Shown piece after piece: positions 55,024 through 64,000 of a DNA stretch of 64,000 bases. A program made the position numbers and the translations under genes. Each line of letters begins with the position of its first letter. Positions within the stretch are counted from its first letter, which is position 1. The stretch is from contig OZ024758.1 of the NCBI GenBank assembly GCA_964016885.1, positions 5,828,001 through 5,892,000 on the forward strand, read 5' to 3'. Under the pieces are notes generated by a model, which did no database searches, was not told the origin of the DNA, and worked only from the letters and a program-made list of their open reading frames with translations. This DNA is from Eledone cirrhosa. Its lineage: Eukaryota.

Positions 55024-55290
55024 TCAGGATATATGACTCAGCTCAGCCTTAACTACATCTAACGCTGCAATGACGTCATCAAGGAAGGACCAGTATTCGG
55101 ACTTCTTGTTTGGTGCATAAACTTCACCACCCACGGAGACCTGTCTTTCAACCAAAGCTTCAAGTGGCAAACCCTCCTTCCTAACGGGATCCAGTCCATA
55201 GCACATTCTGAGAGCCAGGGGCCTGTGAGTATCCCCACTCCCTCCCGTGAAGTCATTTCTGGCGCCATACCTGAAAACTTTCTAGGAACA
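55024..55290 (-). pseudogene. RTE-clade LINE APE endonuclease fragment
   Basis: GVGILTGPWLSECAMDWIPLGRRVCHLKL, frameshift, EVYAPNKKSEYWSFLDDV. Confidence 0.8.
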
Positions 55291-56587
55291 AATCCCATGA
55301 TCATTCGTAAGAGATGGGGGTCTTTACTCTTACCCTTACCCTTAATAATCGAGTTATGTAAAAAGTTATAATCCGTCGAGAGTACCTCCAGATGTTTCAT
55401 GAGGTCGCCATAGATGTTTTCATTTATCTTTAATATTAACGTCTGTTAGACAACTGGTTTATTCTACTTTACACACTTAATCTTCTCTGTTCCAGACCAC
55501 TGTTTTGTTTTGTTAGGTTTAACATATTACAGGGGTTTTGACAAGAACATTCCACCAGAATTATTTCATATTATGGTTTGATATTGTTGCAATATCACTT
55601 TAAATTCCTTTTTACTTTTTTTATCCTCAAGACTTTTATTTCTAAGAATTACCATATTTGACGGCAAAATGTCCCAGAAAATCACTCTTCGTCTTAGAAG
55701 ACCATAGGTTAGTTTGGGTTACTTGCTAGTGGAGTTCTAGTGCTGCAGTGGTCTTTAAATTAAACTGCGAACATCTCCATAAATGTAAACAAGGTGGTGA
55801 TTAATTCTACACCAACAATGGCAACTCTTTTCTAAATAAAGCTACAACTTTAATAAATTTTATGATGAATAAAATAAATTTATTTCCACTTTCTTTTGTT
55901 TTAAAAATGTACTAAATATTTCAACAAAAATACGATGTAAAAAATAAACTAAACTTATTTCCACACTTTCTTATGTTTTAAAAATGTACTAAATATTTCA
56001 ACTAAAAATACGATGTAGAATAACAAACAATATGATGTACAAATTTTATATCCTTCATCTGACATTCCTAGTTTAAACCCATTTATTTTTTTTTTATGTT
56101 TTCCCCAATCGAGGTGCGTCTTATAAGCCGTCCAATATAGTGAAGTATTTTAGTCACTACATGACGACTCACAGATAGTATCATGATAATATTTTTCAAC
56201 AGCTGCACATTGGTGTTAATTCCACAGTCTGCAGCTAGGTGCTAGTCTTACATACTTTCTCTTTTGTGCATCATTTAATTTGTTGTTATTTCCTGCTAGG
56301 GAATTGGCACAGCCCCCTTCAAAGTGAGAACTAATATACCAGCTGTTGATTCAAGACTGACTGTTTCAGAGATATATGTAAGAGTATATTTATATAAGCT
56401 ATATATTATATAATCTGTATTAACTATATACAGTTTATATACCATATAAACTATATATTCTAATTATATAAATATCAGAGGGATCCATTTTGCCATTTTG
56501 TAGCAACCACATAAGCCATTACATAGTTTATTTGTGCAAACGCATGCGCATACATATGCATATGCTCATACATAAGTACATACATAT

Positions 56588-56639
<52 letters not shown>

Positions 56640-56689
56640 TCATATGTATACAAGTATGCATGTATTAGGAGAAATTTCTTTGAAACATT

Positions 56690-56806
56690 GAGTTACGGCC
56701 CTTGCCATTCTGAGTTCAAATCCCGCCGAGGTTAACTTTGCCTTTCATCCTTACGGGGTCGATAAAATAAAGTACCAGTAATACACCGGTAAAAAGTAGA
56801 AACAAT

Positions 56807-56808
<2 letters not shown>
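56690..56808 (+). mobile_element. 5'-truncated SINE copy
   Basis: B-box, central domain, deleted tail. Confidence 0.85.
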
Positions 56809-56837
<29 letters not shown>

Positions 56838-56978
56838 CAAAATGTTAACAAATGAAAAATATTTCATTTGTTAACATTTTGAATAATATTAAAAAGTCCA
56901 GGAAAATCTGCTGTTGAGTGCTTCTAATATTGTAATATTGTATTCATTGAGTAATCAACGAACCATACTAATCTTTGG

Positions 56979-57019
<41 letters not shown>

Positions 57020-57060
57020 CGAAACATAAGTCAATTGCATGAACTCATAATCCTTTATTT

Positions 57061-57118
57061 ACTGCTATATATATTTCGATGATAGCCATTGAATGGCTAT
57101 GACCTCATCAAGCGCAGT
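57061..57118 (-). ncRNA. Degenerate hammerhead ribozyme (C3U core change)
   Basis: Minus strand: ACTGCgc-TTGATGA-GGTcATAGCCA-ttcaa-TGGCTATcATC-GAA-ATATATAT-A|GCAGT then AAATAAA. Confidence 0.6.
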
Positions 57119-57181
57119 TAGTCAGTTCTTAGATATGCCAGCTCTGTGTGTATAGTGCTGATGGTATCAGAGCCTTGGGAC

Positions 57182-57235
<54 letters not shown>

Positions 57236-57304
57236 CGTCATCCTTGTTTTTAAGAAGTAATATGACGTTGAGCGCTAGAAATGAATTGCATCCTTGTATA
57301 CCGA

Positions 57305-57365
<61 letters not shown>

Positions 57366-57489
57366 GTAGGAGGTGAGTTTTATTGTAGTACAATAAAGCA
57401 ATGCAGATATCGGATAAGAAGCACTCTACAGTTTGTGGGACTGGAGTATGCATAATATAAGATCAAAAGATGGTTAAAGGAGTTCCATA

Positions 57490-57560
57490 TATTTTATTAT
57501 GCGCATTTCAAAAACAAACATCATCAAGCAATAATATTTGTGTTTTCATCAGATAAAATA
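57490..57560 (-). ncRNA. Type I hammerhead ribozyme, family A (left arm of palindrome)
   Basis: Reverse complement of 57682-57752 with stem I TATTTTAT/ATAAAATA. Confidence 0.8.
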
Positions 57561-57681
57561 GGAGAACATGATATGAAGGCTAAAAAACACTTGTGGATAG
57601 TGCAGTTTTAAATCAACATATTATGTTGATTTAAAACTGCACTATCCACAAGTGTTTTTTAGCCTTCATATCATGTTCTCC

Positions 57682-57752
57682 TGTTTTATCTGATGAAAAC
57701 ACAAATATTATTGCTTGATGATGTTTGTTTTTGAAATGCGCATAATAAAATA
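57682..57752 (+). ncRNA. Type I hammerhead ribozyme, family A (right arm of palindrome)
   Basis: TGTTTTAT-CTGATGA-AAAcACAAATATTATT-gctt-GATGATGTTTGTtTTT-GAA-ATGCGCAT-A|ATAAAATA. Confidence 0.8.
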
Positions 57753-58149
57753 TATGGAACTCCTTTAACCATCTTTTGATCTTATATTATATATATATAT
57801 ATATACATAGATACACATATATAATATATATACACATGTATAGAGGAAGAGAGAACTAAGTACATTACGTATGGTTGTAGAGAAGTATATCTATAAACAT
57901 ACTTCCTAGTTTGTTTGGCTTTTAGCAAGCAAGGCAAGGCCACGAATATGGACAGGCTACACTACACCATTAGCCTCTAATTCTCAGTTTCGCCCCAGCT
58001 TCAACATCCTTCCGGTTCAGCTATTTCCGTTTTCCTTATTTCTCATTCTATCTTGCTACATTTCCTTCAACCGGTTTTTATTTTTATTACTACTTTGATG
58101 TTTGTTAAAATGACAATTGTTACAATTAGCTTCTGCATGTAAATACGTA

Positions 58150-58438
58150 TGTATGTGTGTGTATGTGTCCTTGTCTCTGTGTCTGTGTGTGTGTGTGTGT
58201 GGAGGGGGGTCTTTGCCTGTGTGTCTATGTGTGTGTGTGGGGGGGGTCCTTGTCTGTGTGTCTGTGTGTCTATGTGTGTGTGTGTGTGGGGGGGTCCTTG
58301 TCTGTGTGTCTGTGTGTCTATGTGTGTGGGGGGGGGGGTCCTTGTCTGTGTGTGTGTGTCTATGTGTGTGTGGGGGGGGGGTCCTTGTCTGTGTGTCTGT
58401 GTGTGTGTGTGGGGGGGGGGGGTCCCTGTCTGTGTGTC
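58150..58438. repeat. (GT)n-(G)n-TCCTTGTCT compound satellite
   Basis: Direct reading. Confidence 0.9.
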
Positions 58439-58716
58439 TTTAAACAATGCTTGATTAACTTACGAAGCATTGGCAAATTTGAAATTAAACGATATAGTTG
58501 CCACAGTGCAGATAAGTGTAATAATTGTTTTTACTTTTAGCACAAGGCCAGTAAATACCCCAGTGCATTACTGGTGCTTTATCTGTGTGTATGTGTGTGT
58601 ATATATATATATATATGTACTTATATGTATATATTAACATTTACTTAAATATGTAAATGTGCATATGTGCACACACACACACACACACAGATACACACAC
58701 ACAGATACACACACAG

Positions 58717-58751
<35 letters not shown>

Positions 58752-59005
58752 TATATATGTGAATTATATAATTATATAATTTCCTGTGAAACTGGTAAAG
58801 ATTTTGTCATTAATGTCACTATTGTTGTCATAAAGCCTCAACCCTCACCTCCCGTCCCCCACCCCACACCTACTATTCCCCACCCCACACCACATCACCC
58901 TCATCTCCGACCTTACATTCCTCCCACCCCACTCCCTCATCTCACCCCACCTTCCCCATCCTCGACCGTACCAAGATTTTCCTCACTTTTGTTGTTGCTT
59001 GTTGT

Positions 59006-59065
<60 letters not shown>

Positions 59066-59103
59066 GTTATCTTCCGGTTTACTTCCCGTTGTGGTATTTC
59101 ACA

Positions 59104-59448
59104 GGTGGGGGTGGTAAGGTGGTGATGGCGGTGGTAGTGATGGTGGTGGTAAGGTGGTGATGGTGGTGGTAAGGTGGTGATGGTGGTGGTGGTAAGGTGG
59201 TGATGGTGGTGGTAAGGTGGTGATGGTGATGGTGGTGGTAAGGTGGTGGTGATGGTGGTGGTAAGGTGGTGAGGTGGTAAGGTGGTGATGGTGGTGGTAA
59301 GGTGGTGATGGTGGTGGTGGTAAGGTGGTGATGGGGATGGTGGTGGTAAGATGGTGATGGTGGTGGTAAGGTGGTGATGGTGGTGGTAAGGTGGTGATGG
59401 TGGTGGTCGTGGTGGTGGTGAGGTGGTAAGGTGGTAATGGTAAGGTGG

Positions 59449-59479
<31 letters not shown>

Positions 59480-60620
59480 GGTGATGGCAAGGTGGTGGTG
59501 GTGATGACAATGATTATAATAAGGACGAAGATGATAGTAAAGACGGTGATGATGATGATAATTATAACAATGTTGATGAAGATGACGTCAATGATGAGGA
59601 AGATGATAATGATGGCAATGACGATAATAATAACGATGATGATGATGATGGTGACGATGTTGTCATCATTGTCTTCGTCACCCATCCTCCTCGTCGCCAT
59701 GGTTATCGTAAGTATTTATTATGGTCATCGTTGTCTTTGATACCACCACCACCACCACCACCATCATCTTCAACCATCACCATCATCATCATCAAAACAT
59801 CATCACCAACGTCATTACCACCACCACCATCATCACCATCATCACCACCACCACCACCACCATCATCATCACCATCATCATCATCACCACCATCATCATC
59901 ACCACCATCATCATCACCATCATCATCACCAACATCATTACCACCATCATCATCATCAAAACATCATCACCAACATCACCATCATCATCGCCACAACCAC
60001 CATTCTCCACCACTCCCCCCCCCCCTCATTATCATCACTATCACCGCCATCATCTCTACTGTGGTTGTGGTGGACCTTCACTTTACAGTCATCAACTAGA
60101 CCCCCCCACCACCATTGTGTCATCATATTGGACATCACTAGCCTCATTGTCATCTTTGTCATCACTTTAAGCACCACTACCACCACTACTACCACCACCA
60201 CTACCACCACTACTTCTACCACCACAACTACCACCACCACTACTACCACTACCACTACTACCACTACCACCACCACTACCACCACCACCACTACCACCAC
60301 TACTTCTACCACCACCACTACCACCACCACTACTACCACCACTACCACTACCACCACCACTACTACCACTACCACCACCACCACTACTATCACTACAACC
60401 ACAACAACCACCCCTACTACCACCACTACTACCACTACTACCACTACCACTATCACTACCACCACCACCACCACCACCACCACTACTATCACTACAACCA
60501 CATCAACCACCCCTACTACCACCACTACTACTACTACCACTACTACTACTACCACTACTACCACTACTACCACCACTACTACCACCACCACTACCACCAC
60601 TACTACTACCACTACTACCT
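59104..60620. repeat. (GGT/GAT)n and (CAC/CAT/TAC)n simple-repeat block
   Basis: Direct reading; source of poly-V/T/H ORFs. Confidence 0.95.
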
Positions 60621-60926
60621 CTCATAATCACTATTATGATTATGGCGGCCATGACATTTCTGTCATTGTATTTGACATCTGAATGACATAATGGGACTTA
60701 AACAAGGAAATATGTGTCATTTGGGGACATATTAATATAAATATACATATTATACACACCTATATACACCACTTGTGTATATATGTGTGTATATATAAGG
60801 GTAAGCTGAAAGGTTCATGGGCTGACTATTATGGTCGTTCCATGAGAGTATCTTAGTCAGCCTATGAACTTTTCAGGCGACCCTACTATGCATGTATGTA
60901 TGTATATGTGTATGTGTGTATGCATG

Positions 60927-60966
<40 letters not shown>

Positions 60967-61489
60967 TAAACGGAATAGAAAATGCTGACAAATTGTTCAC
61001 AGTGAAAAATAGTTTAATTAGGAATAAGTGAGAATTAGTAATTGTATTGGTTAGTGTTCAGTTTTGGTTTTAAGTTTATATATATATATGTATGTATGTA
61101 AGTATGTATGTATGTGTGTGTATGTGTGTATGCATGTATGTATGTATATATATATGTATATGTGTGTGTATGTATGTATGCATGTATATATATATGTATA
61201 TATATATATATCTGTGTGTATGCATGTGTGTGTATGTATGTATGTATGTGTGTATGTATATATGTGTGTGTGTATGTGTGTATATATGTGTGTGTATGTG
61301 TGTATATGTGCTTGTGTTTGTGCACCTGTCTAGATGTTTCTATTTGACACAACACAGATGGTTAAAAAAAAACCGGTGTAGACTGAAAATACTGAACGAT
61401 AAAATAAGTACCACATCTATGAGGCTTTAGTCAATCATAGCGAGACCATTATTTGGAGTTGGTCATGATAGAGGTGGAAAAAATACATT

Positions 61490-62226
61490 GTAGCATTAGG
61501 TTACGGCCCTTTACCCTATGATTTCTAATTCTGCCGAGGTTAACTTTGCCTTTCATGCTTACGGGGTCGATAAAATAAAGTACCAGTAATACACTTGAGT
61601 CGATTTATGCCCTTCTCCTTCCTCAAAATTGTTGGCCAAACTCAGAAACCACCAGTATCGGTAGAGGGTCGGACGCCATGCTTTGCAGCAAAGAGTTACG
61701 GCCCTTTACGGTCTGAGTTCAAATCCTGCCGAGGTTGACTTTGCCTTTCATCCTTAAGGGGTCGATAAAATAAAGTACCAGTAATGCACTGGGATAATTG
61801 CTGGCCTTGTGCCAAAAGTAGAAACAATTATTAGAAACTACAATCCATGGATTATTTGCTACCGGGCCGCAAAGAAATAATTAACTTGTTTAAAATTATA
61901 TAATAGATTAAATAAATATTAGATTTTAATTACAAAAGATTTGTTTAAACATTCAATATTCAACTCCTTAACACACTTTTTCTTCCCTTTAATAATTTTC
62001 TCTTTTTATTATTGTTCTCTTTGAGGGCGGTGGCGGTGGATTGGCACAATCGGTAGAGCGTCGGACAACATACTTTAAAGCATTGAGTTATGGCCCTTTA
62101 TGCACTGAGTTCAAAGCCCCTCGAGGTTAGCTTTGCCGTTCAACCTTTTAAGGTTGATAAAATAAAGTACCAGTAACATACTGTAGTTGATCTAAGCGAC
62201 TTTTCCCTCGCCAAAATTGTTGGGCC
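61490..62226 (+). mobile_element. Three SINE copies (61490-61650, 61654-61830, 62025-62226)
   Basis: SINE consensus motifs. Confidence 0.85.
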
Positions 62227-62911
62227 ATGATGATCGACAAAAAAAGCCATGAATGCGGTGCCCAGTCATATCCGCAGTATATGAATAAAAGTATATATAT
62301 TTCTAAATAATAATAGATGTCTAGTGCACTCACTGATCCCTCACGTGTGAGTTACCGTAATGTATTATAATATTAGAGGTTTCTTCTTTGTTGCTGGAGA
62401 GGCATGATAAATATAATATTACTACATCATCCTCACCATTAACAATACATACGCAGCTTTATACTTCATTTTTGTCTATTGTATTGGAGGAAGAGGAAGA
62501 ATGCTTTTCTTTGTTTCTTATGGGGTCGACTTACCGGAAGTCCTTGCTACAAAGGATCCGTCTAACATGGCGCCAACATTAGCTTATATATATATTTACA
62601 CTATCACGATTGGTTTTCTGTTGAAGATGAAACTTCACCGGGAAATAAATTAGATAATTAAAGGTAGAAAAGGAGGAAGATAATTCGAAATAGGAAGATA
62701 TGAAAGGTATTTATATCTTTCGTTTTCTGACAATAATTAAGTACAGGTGATAAAACTTATATAAAACAGGTGAACAATAAGTGTATATATATATAATTCG
62801 TAATACTGACACAGTTATCTGCTCATATATGTATACAGCCATGGGCATTGGAGAAGTAACGCCAAAACCCACCGGGGACATATCACATGTTGAACAAATT
62901 ATGACACAATA

Positions 62912-62970
62912 GCTGTCTGATGAGGTCGTATCTATTACATAATACATACCACTGAAATGTATATAACTGT
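62912..62970 (+). ncRNA. Type I hammerhead ribozyme, partly degenerate
   Basis: GCtGT-CTGATGA-GGTcGTATcTATT-acat-AATAcATACcACT-GAA-ATGTATAT-A|ACtGT. Confidence 0.65.
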
Positions 62971-63056
62971 AACAAAGTATTTAATTAAATAATGTAAGAT
63001 TCAAATACACACTGGCATCTTTTTCATTATTATTCAACCGAACATAGATAATGAAT

Positions 63057-63092
<36 letters not shown>

Positions 63093-63115
63093 ACACATAT
63101 ATATAAGGCTAACAG

Positions 63116-63204
63116 AAGTCTGATAAGCTTTTGATTCCAGAGTTGGGCACGATCAACAGAGATCGAACCTTGAGCTGATCAATCGCGAAACGCGTGTCAC
63201 ACTT
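63116..63204 (+). ncRNA. Degenerate extended-stem-II hammerhead (family C, core CTGATAA)
   Basis: AAGT-CTGATAA-GC..TTGATtcCAG...CGATCaacagaGATCG...CTGATCAAtc-GC-GAA-ACGCGTGT-C|ACACTT. Confidence 0.55.
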
Positions 63205-63535
63205 GAATAAACTTAATGAAAATTTGACACCTCGTCCATACCTATTATTATTACACTCTGCTTAGAACAACCCCTAAGTATATATTGGAGCCTACTCATC
63301 GAATGCAATGCTCACTTTGGTGAACCAACGGAAACTTGACGTTACAATTCCTAAACTATATATATATTAAAATTCTAATATATTAAAATTCTAATTTAGT
63401 CCAGAAATAGCCGTCGAAACGGCTTGAGCTCTGCCGTCGGGGTCATACTTTTTTCCTATTTCCCACTCTACTACCCTAAGTATTGAGTACTCTGGTGCGT
63501 TATGGTCCATCTGGTTCCTTACCACAATTCCTTTG

Positions 63536-63590
<55 letters not shown>

Positions 63591-63741
63591 AATAAAAGTC
63601 AAATGATTAAAGTCAAATGATTTGACTTTTATTTAACTTTATTTTACACTACTCCGGAGTAACCAAACCAACCTGCGCACTTCGTCGTGTGCTCCAGCCT
63701 GCATACTGAGGTGTTGGTATACAACCAACATAAACTCAAAA

Positions 63742-63789
<48 letters not shown>

Positions 63790-63827
63790 ATATTAACAAA
63801 TGGAAACTATATTTATAAAACCATATT

Positions 63828-63888
63828 TATTTTATTATACATATTTCAAGGGTACCAATATTTTAGTACGCTTTCGTCAGATAAAATA
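63828..63888 (-). ncRNA. Type I hammerhead ribozyme, family A
   Basis: Minus strand: TATTTTAT-CTGACGA-AAGcGTACTAA-aata-TTGGTACcCTT-GAA-ATATGTAT-A|ATAAAATA, then shared 3' flank into (TA)n. Confidence 0.82.
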
Positions 63889-64000
63889 CAATATTTGGTT
63901 TAAAGATAGTGACATATCCTCACATGAACTCATAGTGACATATCTTATAACAAAGTTCAAATGAAGATAGGAAGTATATACATATACACCAGGTTCTACC

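Larger units (their letters stand above)
57452..57790. repeat. Near-perfect 339-bp palindrome (169-bp arms, 1-nt centre) ending in (TA)n
   Basis: Centre at 57621 (AATCAACATA t TATGTTGATT); one mismatch noticed between arms. Confidence 0.97.

Overview
This is AT-rich, repeat-saturated eukaryotic DNA, inferred to be from an octopod cephalopod because its SINE families resemble the octopus OK/OR SINEs. It contains a 200-N scaffold gap at 2372-2571. Nearly all ORFs in the track are microsatellite or minisatellite artefacts, and I found no intact protein-coding gene. The window holds about 35 copies of a tRNA-headed SINE, several CORE-type SINEs, Tc1/mariner MITEs and a Hsmar2-like transposase fragment. 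It also holds decayed non-LTR retrotransposon pieces: a Tx1/L1 RT, two CRE-type RLE domains, an R4/HERO-like RLE and an RTE APE endonuclease. There are many 21-97 bp tandem amplifications and three or four candidate minus-strand exons. The main signal is a dense set of about a dozen intact or degenerate type I hammerhead ribozyme (HHR) motifs from several sequence families. Almost all sit in short non-coding modules that abut (TA)n tracts, and they often have a fold-back (inverted) 5' part, which fits Penelope-like or retrozyme-like elements. One family has five copies with covarying stem II, a palindromic stem III and an AUA cleavage triplet. Two of those five copies form a near-perfect 339-bp head-to-head palindrome. 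A pyrimidine mismatch (C:C or C:U) at stem II position 4 recurs across unrelated families, and another family has a stem II of about 60 nt. All structures were read by eye; none has been folded computationally or tested.
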